Part shown: one piece after another, positions 10,801-24,500 of the stretch
How the letters are laid out: each line of letters begins with the position of its first letter
Numbering within the stretch: position 1 is the first letter of the stretch
From: Oikopleura dioica
Taxonomy: Eukaryota; Animalia; Chordata
Assembly: GCA_907165135.1 (NCBI GenBank)
Contig: OU015568.1
Span: 16,875,208 to 16,939,207 of the forward strand
Direction of reading: 5' to 3'
DNA: 64,000 bases
Made by a program: the position numbers and the translations under genes
The notes under the pieces: generated by a model
The model's input: the letters and a program-made list of their open reading frames with translations, nothing else
Databases searched by the model: none
What the model was told of the DNA's origin: nothing

Positions 10801-13800
10801 AGACTAGGTTCGTGAGACTAGTTTCGTGGGACTAGGTTCGTGGGTTTTGAAATTTTTTTATAAGGAACAATTGAGTGCGACTAGGTTCGTGGGTTGTAAA
10901 ATTGGGTAAAGTTGAATGGTAAAAATGACTTTCCCACCCCCACCCCCAAAATAAGCCGCTAGGCTCTTTAACTGAATTTCTATGTTAGCGCTTTCCAATC
11001 AAAAACCCCGAACCTATATTTAGATAGCAATATTATATTATATGATCATATTATTACAATACATATAATATAAATATATATAAATAAATATATACATATA
11101 AATAACACTTAATCATTATAAATAAAAATATACATATAAAATCAAAAACTCACGAACCTTGTCCCACGAACCACGTTTTCCAGCCAGCCACCCACGAACC
11201 TAGTCCCACGAACCTAGTCCCCACGAACTTAGTCATCCCACACTTAATTGAGGACAAAATAAATTTTGGCTCGCTTATTTTCTTGGATTCTCATAATTTT
11301 TCTCATAAATTAGGCTTAGCTGAGCCAAATTTTAACAAAGCTACCAAAGCTTAGCGTACTAAGCTTGTTATTTTGAATTTGTAAAAACTTTTTAATTGGA
11401 GGCTAAGCTTAGCTGGTTTATGCTGGAAGCTGACCATTTGAAAAATCACTAGCTAAGCTAAGGTTAGCCGGAAACTAAGCTATCTTAGCTTAGAAATTTT
11501 TCAACTCTGAGCTAAGCCAGCTGAGCCAAGGTCAAATTGAGCTGAACTAAGCTAATATGACTTCTTTCCGAGAAAATCAACTTAGGGAACTCCGGAACCC
11601 GGGTTTAATTTGTCTTTATTTGCAAATTTCTTTTCTTTTCGGCTTTATCTCTCGCCCAGACAGCTGCTCGCCCCTCGAGAAAATTCAAAAATAGTGAGGT
11701 TGGGAGGGGCTACGGAGATAAGATACAGGTGGACACAGCGATTATGTAAAATTTTATTCGAAAAAAGGGATTAGCGTTGAAGTGTTGCGCGAGTTTCTAA
11801 CTAAAATAATAATCAGAAAAAGTGCGAAATTGAATCTCAAATATTCACGTTTTTATTGAATCGAAATTACCGGAATTTGAATTGCAAGATCGCCAAAAAG
11901 TTATGTTTCAAGTTTGCACCACTCGACTTTACCAAGTGATCAATAAATTGAAAATAAAATTACCCAGTGGCTAGAAACGGATAATAAAAATACAAGAGCG
12001 ATGGGCAATTTTACTCGGTAAAGCATTCAGAAAAGGATGGGATGATTCAATTTCGAGAATTTTAGACAAATCGCGGTCAGCATTGCTTTCACAGCAATTC
12101 AAAACGGAAGTATCTTCAGCGGCAGGGATAGGATTTTTGCCCAAAAATCTATTTCCTTTGCGACCGCGAGATTTTCGAAAACCGACGTCATGCCAAAGCC
12201 AAGCACGGTTCAACGAAAAAAACGAGAGAGGGTTTTTAAAATATTTAGTGCTGATTTTTTTGGTGGAAGAGACTTTCTTTACGAGAAAATGAGCGTAAAA
12301 CTGAGGTTTTTTCAGCGGAACGAGTAATTTAAATGGTTTTAAGGGTGTAGCTAATTTATTGAATAGCTTTTTTCAGCGGAAATTGCACACAGGCTGAAAT
12401 ACAGTTCGAAGCAGATTGTACTTAGATAGTCAAGAATTATAGCCGCGCACTTGAAATTGTTGCGAAATTTTCATCAACCCGCGGAAATTTTTAGCCCTTC
12501 CGTTCCATTGAACTTTTGAGTGAACCAGCGCCAGCCAAAGTTTTCGATGAGACGGACGGATTCTACTATTCTGAGCAAGACGGAATCTACTACGATTTGG
12601 ACAATCCAGGTATTTTGAAAACGATGTGGCGAAAATTCTTCGACAAAATTTGCGTAGGCTGTTTTATTACTTTTGATTGGTCGGACGACTTAAAAGAAGC
12701 TTTTGATTGGCTTAATTTTCCGATGCGATTTTGTCATTCCGTGATTTCAGACCATTTTTAAACCCTTTTTTTATAATTTTTATAAAGAAAAATAGACAAT
12801 ATTGGCCCAGTTTTAGTCGCTTCGGCGAACGGTTTCCCCTGTCTAATCCTTTTGGAAACTCGAGCTCTTCGGTTAACCCGCGCAGAGTACAGCAAAGACC
12901 TGCCCATAGCTTAAAAGGGGTGCCCTTTTTCCCTAAACACTTTGCCTCTCCGATTTCAAAGTCCCTTTTCAGGGCAGACAGAAAACGCTCATTTTGGAAA
13001 TATCAATATCAGCCCCTGTTTTTGTGTTTTCAAGGGTAGAAGAGGCCACTTTTTCCGCGGCGTACTTGATTAGACTTCCCTAGCGAATATAAACTAATCC
13101 GGATTAGCCAAATGGCTTTTCCGCCGTTCCAAAACTGCTTTTTAAAACAATAATTGACGACCGGTAGGAAAGAGCGGGTCTTTGCACACGTTGATTTTAC
13201 TCTAGAAAACTTGGCAAGCCTTAGTCTGGTTCTGAAAACCTTAATTTTATTTAATAAGTTATTAATAATATATTGAAACAGTGATATTGCAAAGCGGCTT
13301 TGCGGCTTTGTTTAAAAGCCGCTCCGCGGCTTTTCAATTGAGCTCTTCAGAATCTGACTCAGGTTTTTACACAGGTTGCCGAGCCCAGCCTGTGTAGAAA
13401 ACCTGAGTCAGGGTCATGACTCATGAAAGAGCTAAAATCATCATCGCTAGTTTCGATAAAAAGCTGTATTTTCAGTCAACTTCGTCATCGTCTGGGAGGT
13501 GAGCGAGCCCGGAGCTGCACTGGTCGCCGACGCCACTTTGGCGGTCAAAAGCGATGTCGACCGCTATGTCGAGCAACAACAGGCCGACGACTTGGCACGG
13601 GTTGAACATTATCGCTTCATACAAGCATTCTATGATGGAACGGGCGCGACATAAGTTTTGGTTAAAATTAACGCGATAAAACTAGGGGCCTTTCTAGTTT
13701 TTTTAAAAGCAGCCACGTATGATTCCACGTCGAATTAAGGGAGTCTCAGCCAATTAAGGAAATTTTGCTTTTCCGTAGAACTCTGAAGTAATTATTCTTT

Positions 13801-14294
13801 TTCGAGTTGCTCAAGAGAATCTTAATTCGTCCGTAGACACACTCGAAGCCCGGCTGCATTGCGCTGCTTCAGGAAAGCTCAAGTTTGAGGGCGGAATAAT
13901 TTCAAATTAGCGATAAGGGTCACGTGCTTCCCCTGCTTTAATGAATAATTCAGTTTTCAATCGGAGATGATCTGAAAGCAGATTTGCTCTTTCGGGGCGT
14001 CGCCTTTCTCTTTCCAATCAGGAAAGCCAACTGACTCGGTTCAACCTTTTCAAAGGCAGCTGCCCAGCAGCTTTTAAATCTTGTTCTCGGCGAACGTGCT
14101 GTCCATGATGGTGAGTCTAAATCCGCGCCAGCAGGAGCAACTAAAACTCACTGACCTGGATTTTCGCGCGTCTAAAATTCCTATTAGCCGCTGAAATTTG
14201 GAAAACGCAGACGCGACCACGTGAATATTCCGTTGATGAAGTGAGGGACGCGATTTACGAGATTGTTCTTCTCGAACTTGAAGGCGTTTTCTAG
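7867..14294 (+). CDS. Multi-exon gene of unknown function
   Basis: In-frame exons at about 12497-12609, 13476-13624, 13837-13872, 14056-14110 and 14187-14294 (..DGFYYSEQDGIYYDLDNPVNFVIVWEV..AEIWKTQTRPREYSVDEVRDAIYEIVLLELEGVF*). AATAAA at 14321. The 5' exons 7867-7888 (strong AG|GTAAGT) and about 9783-9919 fit the phase but are less certain. Confidence 0.6.
7991..8456. mobile_element. Foldback-type element with ~130-bp near-perfect inverted arms
   Basis: 7991-8120 is the reverse complement of about 8327-8456 with very few mismatches. Confidence 0.85.
8478..9182 (-). mobile_element. Deleted pogo/Tigger-like (Tc1/mariner superfamily) transposon
   Basis: TIR CAGTGAAAACCCATTTTAAGGCC at both ends; TA TSD; internal TTTAAGGCCACTTTT repeats; residual frame 8796-8601 ends in QSKIASFF*. 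Confidence 0.85.
10093..11242. mobile_element. Foldback/Mutator-like element built from a 14-bp tandem unit
   Basis: GACTAGGTTCGTGG arrays arranged into a ~60-bp higher-order unit; inverted copies at about 11150-11240; CTTAATTGAG duplicated at 10083-10092 and 11243-11252. Confidence 0.8.
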
Positions 14295-14475
14295 CTGACT
14301 TTCTACTGTACAGTCTGTTTAATAAACATTTTTACTCAATATTTATTTCAAGGTTTAAAAATTTTAATCATAAATAAATTTAATACTTTCTCCAGTCTAG
14401 ACAATTCTAAGTCGTTTACTTTCTAACGAAATAAGCCACAAACACAAGTCATCGGGGGTTGTTATTCGAGCTGTC

Positions 14476-14496
14476 CCTAACCCTAACCCTAACCCC
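14476..14496 (-). repeat. Interstitial telomere-like (TTAGGG)n tract
   Basis: CCCTAACCCTAACCCTAACCCC; similar tracts at about 5225, 14564, 17087, 22535, 35483 and 53469-53509. Confidence 0.7.
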
Positions 14497-16099
14497 GGGA
14501 CCCCCTCCCACCTCTCGTCTAAGGGTTTTTCCCGGACTCCCCTTCAAAATTCCTTTTCCCTTACCCTAACCCCTAGCCAAATTCTAGAGATATGGGATGG
14601 TTCGAATCATAGGCTCGAATGATAACCCCTCTCTACGAGTAAAATGGTTGCTGAACTTAAGGGTATCATCATGTTAAAAATATAAATATGAGTAAGAGGT
14701 AAAGGTAGCTCAAAAAAGGTAAGATTCCAGAAAGTTCGAAAAGGGCTGGATTCCTGATTCTCCGGATTTTTGATGCTCCTAAAGGGTTGCTCCTACCCTA
14801 GGCTTCAAATTAACTTTGCAAGAAACGCTTGCCTAAAATATAGCCAGATATAGAGACCGGAAGAAAGTCAAACTTACCCGAAAAAAGAGCGCAGCAAACT
14901 CGAGTTGGATGTTATGGACACGAGCGCGCTACCTGTCCGATAACGCCCAACACTTGAAACCGTCGCTGAAACCAGAAAGATGTTTCCAAAACCAGTTCTG
15001 GCAGATAATTGCTCGGAAAGCCCTGTTGACATAATCACAAAGTTGAATCAAGCAGGCATTAAAAAAGCTTTTGTAATTTTTCATCGAGAATCACCTCTCA
15101 AAGTTTGAAAACGACAAAAATAAGCAGAAAAATATGCAACTTTGGACACTTCATGTTCGATCATGTTTTCTGATGTTTTTTTGGATCAGGGGAAAACATC
15201 GCTTCTTGACACTTTTCCCCGAACAAGCAAAATATTTATGCAATAAATGATGAGGTGCAATGAGTGTAAAAACTTGTTGTCTGCTAAACAACCCTCGTGT
15301 GTATGAAAGACTATGACAGACTTTGTATGGAACCGCCTGGTCCGTGTTTTGAGCCAGAAAATGGTGAAGTTCATGGGGGAGGAAGAGCAAATGTTTTATG
15401 CGGATTAGAACTTGAAATGTCGCTAACTTTTCGTTGTCTCGCATCCGAAATCCACGCTTTTTGCGGTTTCAACGTAAATTTTCTAAAATTGGATTCTCAA
15501 TTTTTGTTTTTTATTGGATTTCAACATGGGGGTGTTTTTATTTCAAATGAAAAGAAGATTTTAGAGCAGCCCAGATTTTTATCGCGAATCTTCTTGGTGT
15601 TTTGAGTCTTCTTGATGTTTTTACATTTTATTTTTGATTTGTCCGAAAAATAAAAGACGCGTCTTTATACCCTCACAAAGAGATATAAACAGCGCCATCT
15701 GCTGCTACAGCCGGGTCTTTATTTTCACATATGGCCTCAATTTTTCGGCCAGTTGTAGGAAATTGATAATGATCAAAAAATTTTCCAGGGGAAAAAAATC
15801 TGATAATCTTTGGAATACGAAAGAAATGCGTGAATTTTTAAACTTGCTTCTTTCTTCACACTTCTAGCACGAAATGATGAAAGAGCCATCGCCGCCCGAA
15901 AGAGTTCAGTTTGAATCGATGTTCGGCGCGCTGAGTGGTTTCATTTGCATCAAACGTGCACTGGAAGTATGATCTAGTGGCATGGTCCAGGAATTCGGGC
16001 AACAGAATTCTTTCCATAAATTTTATGATATAGAAGTAAGCAATCGAGTCGTTCTTTTGGCCTCTTCGGAATCGCTGAATCTGCGAGAATCAAAAAAAA

Positions 16100-19000
16100 T
16101 AGCGGATTCCAATTTGGGCAGTTTCGAGTTTAGCGTAAGCCAAAAATTTCGCTGCTAAAAAGTTCACGGCTTTCACACCGACTGGACGGTAAGTAACGTG
16201 AACAAATTGGTTTCGGCCGAAGCAAGGAAATGAGATTTGCTCTCTTTCGCATTTGTAGCTCGCTAGATCCAGCATCGGGGCTTTTTCTTCTTGGGCGAAA
16301 TAAGCCTCGGGAATTCGATTCTGGCTCCACGCTCCGAGGATGAGCCGAAAGGGATGTCGCCTGATCCGGGTGGAGCTCCGATCCCGCAACCGTAACCGCC
16401 ACACAGACCTAAGTAAGCGTTTTGTATTGCTCAAGTAACAGTCGCCTCGATCTAGAACCATACCGGAATTTAAGGAATAAGCCGTTTGAGAGCATTTTCA
16501 AGCTCTTTTTTTCTTGATTCGAGGATTTTCAATATTTTCGTAAAATATTTTTTTTTTAGAGTTTCATCTTGAAATTAGAGAAATTATTATTTGCGAAGAA
16601 ATTAGAAGGTAACTCATTTAAAATTTCGCGGCGTCAATATGGCCCATTTGGCTGAGCCAATCTCGTCATAATCAGATTTCACGGCGAGCGGGTGGAGCAG
16701 TTTTACGAAACAGAGCACTCCTTATCGCAAAATGCACCCTTGAACTTGCACAAGCCGAGAAGCGTGATCTTCTCAGTAACAGCAATATTGAATAATGCAC
16801 GTCTGACGACACGGCTGGGTGGATGCATCCGATTGATGCTAGCTTTGAGGCCAGGTTTATTGATACTTCCTTCTGTCTTACTGCCACGTTTTCGGGAAAC
16901 ACACAGTACTTGAAATTCGAGGCGACTAGACGAAGCTGTCTTCCCGAAACTAATCCAGGAAGGGCGCCTCCTTCTTTTTCCCAAGTTGTTTGAACTTTAT
17001 TCAAAATTTGAATTTTTATTGCCGCTCTTAATTTCTATAAGCCTTCTCTTCCCTGAATTTCACCATAAGGTCACGCAAATGATCTGTAACCCTAACCGTA
17101 AACAAGCTGGTTCAAAGTTCTCCGAACCGGCCAAAATACCAACTTTCACCCATTTATAAGATTGTATTTTTAAAAGTGATAAATGTAAGAAGGAAGAGGC
17201 AAAAAGATGGTGAGAAGTGTTATTATCAGTAGACAAGTTACGATGACAATTGTCCAGAAAAAGTAGGTGAGCAAGTTACTCTGCAAACAGCTTCTCTTCG
17301 TTGACAATCGGGCGCGAGCACCAATCGTTTCACCTGATAAGGAAGATCGAAAATCGCTTTCCTCCAGAAGATTGTATTGAGGGGAAGGAACGGGAATCGG
17401 AACTAAACATACGAGTTGGTTTTCTGATTACGGTTTTCAACACAGGTTGTGGAGCCCAGTTTGTTTTTACCTGACGTCCAATGTGGATAATTCATGTAGA
17501 CTTCGTATGATGGTGGTGCATCTGCAACACCTTTTATCTGACTATCTCCGGAGTATTGGTTCATATCAGCTTGCGACTGTGCAACTTGCTCTTCAATATA
17601 TATCTTTCGAAAAAAAGATTGTTGTTTTTCTTCTTATGAGAGACTAAATGGCCGGTTGGGCGAAACATACACGCATGCGTGGTGAGCCATTTTCCCTTTT
17701 TCACTCAGTTCATTCATACACTACTTCGATAAGCAAGTTATTGCCGGCGAACTAAGCAAGATCGACTCATATTTTTGCGGGATTATTAGTAGCTAAAAAA
17801 CGCTTACAATCTGCACGCAATCGAGTTTCTTCCAGAATCCATTCCAGAGCTGTCAAAAGTCATGACGTAAATTTATTTTTCTTTGCTTTTCCGTTTTCTG
17901 CGTCAAGTTTGTAAAAGCGCGAGAAAACGCGCCGCAGAGAGCAACCTTTTGCGTTTTTTAATCACGTTAATCAAGCAGCCGCGAACTTTAAGAAATCTGC
18001 AAATTTCCAGCAAGCATCATCTAATCTGTGCCGTTATGCAAGCGCCTGAAAACATCCCCAAACACAAACAAAAAATGCGTTATGGTATTATGTCGGCCTT
18101 GGCAGCGGGTGCCACGACATTGGCTGCCGCTGAACTTTCCAAATCTAAAACGGGTTAAATTCGTCTCGTCAAAATAATTCAAAAAAACTGCCCACTTGCA
18201 TTATCTCTCCAGCCAAAATGAAAACAGAGTCCGACGATCGCAGCTCCACGAAAAACCGATTATCGAAATCGTTGATTGTGATTTTGCGTTAGCCAAGAAA
18301 TAATAGATTCTAGCACTCGTTCTTTAAAGCAGACTTACTTTATTTTCAATTCAAAACTGTCTAGTTAGCTTTACTTCATTCTTCAGTCCTTTTTAGTTAA
18401 GAGAAAGTCATCTGCGATTACGATTTTCTTTTCACCTGTATATTTTAGAGTGACACCCTTAAGAATACAGTTAGAAAAATAAGCATAACCTTGGGAGAAT
18501 TTTCTTGAAAAGAATTGAGTTTCTACTCCCGCTAAAATGAATAAATTTTGATCAGACAGAAGAGCAAAGTGCAAGATGAAGGAATTAGTCGGCAGACAAA
18601 ATACGCCCCAGACGTGGGCAGAGAAAACTCAATTATCATCTGATCTGGTTGAATGTTTCGTGTGAACGACGGCGGGAGTGAATCGATTAAGGATTCAGAA
18701 AAGCGCGGGGGCTTGGTATTTTTGCTCTTCGGAAATTTGGACTCGAGGCGAAAATGAGCTAACCTTTCGCTGGAAGGAGATTGAGCAGATCTTGTACAAC
18801 ACCTTGTCGAAAATTATCAACTTATCGCGCCAAGCCTGGGCGGTTCTAATCGCCACTGATTTCACGTTCATCCCGCCACCAAATTCGCAGTACCGAATCT
18901 TGCCAATCTTGGCGGCCAGAAACACCAGCTCATGACCTCCGTCCTGACCTAATTATTGAGCTATCTCACTTTCAAAGCGACAATTTTCAAAAACGCTCTT

Positions 19001-21054
19001 TTGATTGATGCTTATCCAACTCGCGGGCTGTCAACATGGAATATTCTAGCGTCGAGAATTTCCTTGAAACCTTGCTTATCTCTTTTAAAGAGAAAAAGAA
19101 CGTTCATTCTTGAGCTCAGCTAGGAGCGAATGGAGTTTTGAGAAAAAGCGCAAAAAATGATTTTATATTAGTATTATTTAAATATTATTGTATTTTTTAT
19201 ATATGATATTTTATATATGATGTTAATATATCGTATATAAAAATAATAAGCAATAATTAATTATAATATAACATAATAATAATTTCATTATTTTTAAGGA
19301 CCCCCCGGGTCCCCCCCCCCCTCATTAAGAATCGCGAAAAGGGGCTTTTAGGAGCAGCTTTTCTCCGATACTATCTTCGGTAGCCTGCAACTTTTAGATC
19401 CGATCTAGTGTTACAACTAAATAAGAAACAACAGTCTGCTTCAATTGCTAGTTGCCCAATAAATTGGAATTGAATATTCATTTTTTGTTGGAAATTCTTA
19501 CAAATGTTCGCAGAATCATCATATTTCTCCGAGCAAAGCTAATTTATTCACAGCCGCAATTTCCTTCGCAGAAATATAAAAGCGTCAAATTATAATTTTA
19601 TATTATGTTTAAAACGAATCCAAACGGTTATAATTCCCACCATTGATGACAAGTTGGATAAGGCCAGAAAATTAAAATTCGATTATCCTCTCATCCGCTC
19701 GTTAGAGGAAGGCCTTGAACGTGACGAACTGCTATTTCTCCCCGAATACAGTAAGGAGCACTTATTTTAGATACGCTACGTGTATAGGTGTAATTATCAA
19801 CTTCTTGAAAGAAAAAGTGCTCTAAGCTTGAAACTGAATAATGCGCGAGTCGAATTCGCCGCTTCGCCAATTCGAGAGGCGCTGAGTTTGCCATCGACGC
19901 GGCGGGTTCACGTGTTCCATGCGCTATCTTCGCGAGACTGGATAAGGAGCACGGAAAATTAATAGCAGGGTCAAGCGGCAAAATGTAACATAACGATAAG
20001 CGTTGTACAGTCGACACTCCTATCAACCTGATCTTTAACGGCCTGTATATCCTTTTAAGTTGTTGATCAAGAGATCATCATAAGGGAAACGGTTGTAGTC
20101 GAGGGTTGAATTTTTAAGTTCCAATTGAATTAAGGGTGTATGTTGTGGATATGCATTTGCTGCGATGCGAAAAGATTGACTCTAGTTTTGCGAATTGTAA
20201 AAATTTAATATTAGCGGCATTTTGTAGCAAGCGGTCTGGCAGAGTGAACAGAAAAGTGGCCGAGGCCAAGCGAAAGTTATTTTGAACAGGTGCGGCGAAT
20301 CTCCTTTCCTTATTTGGAGATGAGCAAAGCGAATCCACAACAGTGTATATAAAATATTATTAATACCCTAATGCGACAAAAGTACTGAATGTCCTTTCTG
20401 TAATCAATATTTTAATCCAGCGTCATTCAGTGACTCGTAAAATCCGAGTTGAATAAATTTCGCAACGCTGTTATATTCGCTGAAATTTGACTGCGATTAT
20501 CCCCAGCGCGGCTTTCAGATCAACTGACAGTTACTTTTGATTGACAACCAGTTACGAAAGTGGGAATTATCCGGGTACGTGTTCTATATGCAAGAAAAGA
20601 GTGCTCTAAATATCAATCGCAATTATTACGACGGCTGTTCCACGAAAAGGAAAGCACCACTTGGCTCCTCCACTCGAGATTGATTTTCCGGAAGCTGGGC
20701 TCAAGCTGTCCCGCGCAAAATGCACTTGTCGGCTTCGAAATGCACCGGACGCCGAAATTTCAAGACAACACAGTCAACTTATGTCACCGTTAAGACGCTA
20801 GCGGAGCGGAGCTAGAATTTGAGAGCATGAACTTTTTGCCACAGATAATTTTCGTTTCCAATTATATTTGGTATTTTACTCCCTTTCTTCAGCCAATTTA
20901 ACCCTCCCACTAATAAATAATTTGCGATTTTTTTCATCTTTACAGTCCTTTTTCGACCTTTCTTCAAATAAAATTTTTATTTTCGAATAGAAGCGGAACT
21001 TTGAAAAATCAGTAAACAAAGCAGGGCAAACACTTTCTTGAGCTTTTCTATCAT
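16100..21054 (-). CDS. Probable multi-exon secreted protein of unknown function (3' end unresolved)
   Basis: Phase-consistent exon chain: 21054-21000 (MIEKLKKVFALLCLLIFQ), about 20777-20726 (IDCVVLKFRRPVHFEAD), about 19938-19714 (..LELAKRRIRLAHYS..APYCIRGEIAVRHVQ), about 18948-18803 (GQDGGHELVFLAAKIGKIRYCEFGGG..), with further candidates near 17470-17520, 17280-17333, 16880-16950 and 16170-16409. Confidence 0.4.
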
Positions 21055-21569
21055 CCAGCATAAATATTTGATGTTGTCAGCAGAATTTTCTTTTGACGCT
21101 TCTTCGTTTTCGCATTTTTGGCAGATAAAGAAAGAAACGAGAAAGGAACCTGTCGCTATTGGGACTTGACGAGGAGTTTCTTTTCTTCTGTCATTGTATG
21201 ATCAATCAATATGTACTCTCCTGGAGGCCCTGAAGTGGTTGCCATGGGCGCCGGTTGTTCCCACGTAAATGCGTATCCTTTAATATTTTAGCACGAGATT
21301 CTGAAATTCTGAAAGCTGTGAACCGGAGCGTGACTTCTTTCCCCTCTGTTCGGATATTTCCTGCTTATTTTCAAAAACACAAACAAAAGATCAACTCGAT
21401 CTCAAGAGACTCGCATTTTTAGGAAGAGAGAGCTGGAATCGCCTTTGTCGAAGATGGTACAAGGACCCTGGGACGGCGCCATTTATCAAAATGAGAGATC
21501 ATCGTTTTGGGTTTTATTTAACCTAACTGCGCGAAATTACCAATTTATTGGACAGTTTATTAAACCCAG

Positions 21570-24500
21570 TTGAAGATGAAAGACATCAAGTCCGAATACC
21601 ACCTCGAATATCCGCCGAAAAGCCAGCAAAAACAAGCCCAGATCAAGATTTTGGGTCCAAAATCGTTTTTTTTTTGTATATTTTCCCGATAAATAGCCTC
21701 TAATAAATCGAGTTGGAGTGTATCTGGCGAGTGATTAATTGAACTTGGGCGCGCTATTTGTCGGTAAAGAGGGAGGACTCGTTTCGTGACTCGATCGAAA
21801 GCCAGACTCGCGGCAGGACTGGGCGAAAATGACGGACAAAGGTGCTGACGCCAGCATGTACACAGACGTTTTCAGAGTGCCGCCGATGACTGACAGGAAA
21901 CGAGTTGTTAAAATTTCGCCCATTTTTTTGCAAAATTATCAATCTGCGCTAGCCACAAAAATTCAGATTCTGATGATTTCCCTTCTCAATATGACATGTT
22001 CATAAATTGACCGCAGATCAATTTAAATTCCAGGTGTTTTCGAATTTTTTTGCACAAAAATTCGCGTAATTTTCTTAGAGTACACTTTTCTTCTTTTTAA
22101 CAACTTTGTGAAAGGAAAGTTTGAACAAAGACCATATGCCGTTTTTTCTGGCATTATTTGTATCCTGGATAGACTCTATGTGATCAGTGTGTTTTCAAAC
22201 AAATCAAGAACAAAGAGCTTCAAGCCACCACCAAAGGCATTCAGCAGCGGTGCCAAATTCGCAGCAGGAAGGTGTCAAACTCGGTCACGCTTGGATCGCG
22301 TTTCTGGATCCTACTGAATTCGCGCGTGAGAAAGAGCGCCTTGCTCTTTCGAATTCTTGATCAGCTTTATCGGCGAATTTTCGAATTTTATTAGATCGCG
22401 CTATCTGAATACTGTCAGATTCGTGCTCAGACGTTACCTCAGCCTTTAGAATTTCAAAGCTGTATGTTCGCGGATTCTGAGGAAATGAGATAGGTAACCT
22501 TTGTAGAGGACCTTAGTCAGGGAACCTGACTCGAGGTTAGGGTTAGGGATAGATAAGACTCAAAATCTAAAATAAAAAGCGCATAAATTTTACGCATTGT
22601 TTTTCTAATAAGCGGATTTTCGCGTGTGCAATGCGCGATTTTCTCATTCTAAACAAAACTCCAGCGTCACGTGCGACCAGATTTCTGCACCAAACCTGAC
22701 CAAGTTGGTGCTGATAAGGCCAGCGCTGGAATTATCACGACCTTCGTCGTTTACACGTCCGTCGATCGTTGCGCAAAGTCGTTTTCACACTGTGGTCGTC
22801 GCTCGACTCACGATTTTGACAAGCGCCAACGCAATCCAAGCATCTTCTGACTTTTCAAGGTCGCTTTTCGAACTTTTTAATAACATTCTTACTCGGGCAT
22901 ATAATTTGCTTCGTATTCTACTTTATTCTAGTGCCTCGAAAACCTCTCACTTCCCCGCCAGTTTTTTAAGCCAGTAGCTTAGCAGGCGTATAATACGCTT
23001 GAAGATATCCGCTCTTAATCTTTTAACACAGCGAGATGACACCAATGAGTTACCAACTACTCCGGCGACTTTACAGGGAAATCAAGTCAGCGCTCTAAAT
23101 CCAAAATTATCTAACAGCCATTTTCTCTTTCGAGCATTTTACTGAACGCAAACAAAAGTGAACGACCAAAACAATATCGTCCTCGATCAGCTCATCGAGA
23201 TCTCAACTCCTCGACCGAGTTTTTCGCGGATACGGAAGCCGCCCGGGCCTACCGCGCCTTCGAAAGGGATGAAATCAACAACTCCCGGGCGCGGATTCGA
23301 CGACTGGGATCAACTCACGGCCGAGTGGATCCAGCAAACCAGACGCAATTCGCTAAAGAAACCACAGTCAACCACGACTATGTTTCGCATCCATTCTCCA
23401 AGGTAGGATCAGCCGCATTCCACGTTAGAGAGACGGCATTAGAGAAACAAGACGACGTGCTGAGCTTGCTAACCTCTGTAGAAAACCTGAGTCAGGGCCT
23501 GAAAGATCTTTTTTTAAAGCCGCGTGGCAGAGTTACCTTTCAAATTCTGCCAAAGGTTCATTCAAAAAGAAAAGGTTATGCGGCTTTTAAAAACTGATCG
23601 TTCAGACCCTGACTCAGGTTTTCTACACAGGTTATTGCCGAGTCCACATGAAGTGCTCTGCTGCTAGAAAAATGACGATGAGTCATGTTTTAGGCGGCGC
23701 AAATTGTTCCAGCGGGAGGAAACATCGAAATGGGCGATGGAACTCGAGACTTGGGAACTAATTACGGTAGTAACATCATTCACGCGTTTTGAGCGAACAA
23801 GCAAATTTGCCTAGCCGCTGATTATGCACCGATCGTTGGCGCGAAACGACAAGAGCCGCTAAAGCCCAAGTACACGCCAAAGCCACAAGTAAGCAGAAAT
23901 CGAAGAATTATCATTTTTATCTTGCTTTTACAACGTGCATCTTTGCATAAACCAGACACGTGATGAAGAGGAAGTGACCCCTCTCAGCGTTAGAATTTTT
24001 CCGCCGCGAAGTTGGAGGGCGCGTTTATTTTAACCACGCGGTCGAAAAGTGACCGATTATGTTTAAGGTGTCTTATCAAGCGCCGCAGTTCTCGGTATCT
24101 CGCCAGGCATACGTCAATCACGGCGCGATTACCAGACCAAAGGTGTTTTCCGCAATCAAGCTTGATTTTCTAAACGCCGGCTCTTTTACTTTAGGACTAT
24201 GCTCCAGAAAATAGCTACAGGCCTTCCAGTTCCCCGGCGCAGAAAGACACAGAGGTTCGATCTTCTTTTAAAACCTGGGGTCCACAGCCAAAAGTCGATA
24301 CTCCCTGGGCCGATTTGGCGAAAAAACGAACAGAGAATGGCTCAAAAAGACAATAACCAGATGATATCGACTCATAAGAGTAGCATTCCCATTTCAAAAT
24401 TGAAAGAGCCATTGAAAGTGCTCTACTCTAACAATGGAGAAAAGCCATTGACGAACTATTCGGCCGACTTTATCAACGGTTCAGTAGACGCTCGGAGAAG

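Noticed and set aside
10100-10895. CRISPR-like repeat-spacer array
   Set aside because: The intervening segments are near-identical rather than unique, there are no cas genes, the context is eukaryotic, and the array is one arm of a TIR element.
20600-20700. Hedgehog Hint-like SSGGAKWCFPFRGTAVV on the minus strand
   Set aside because: A stop follows within a few codons and no other Hint motifs were found.
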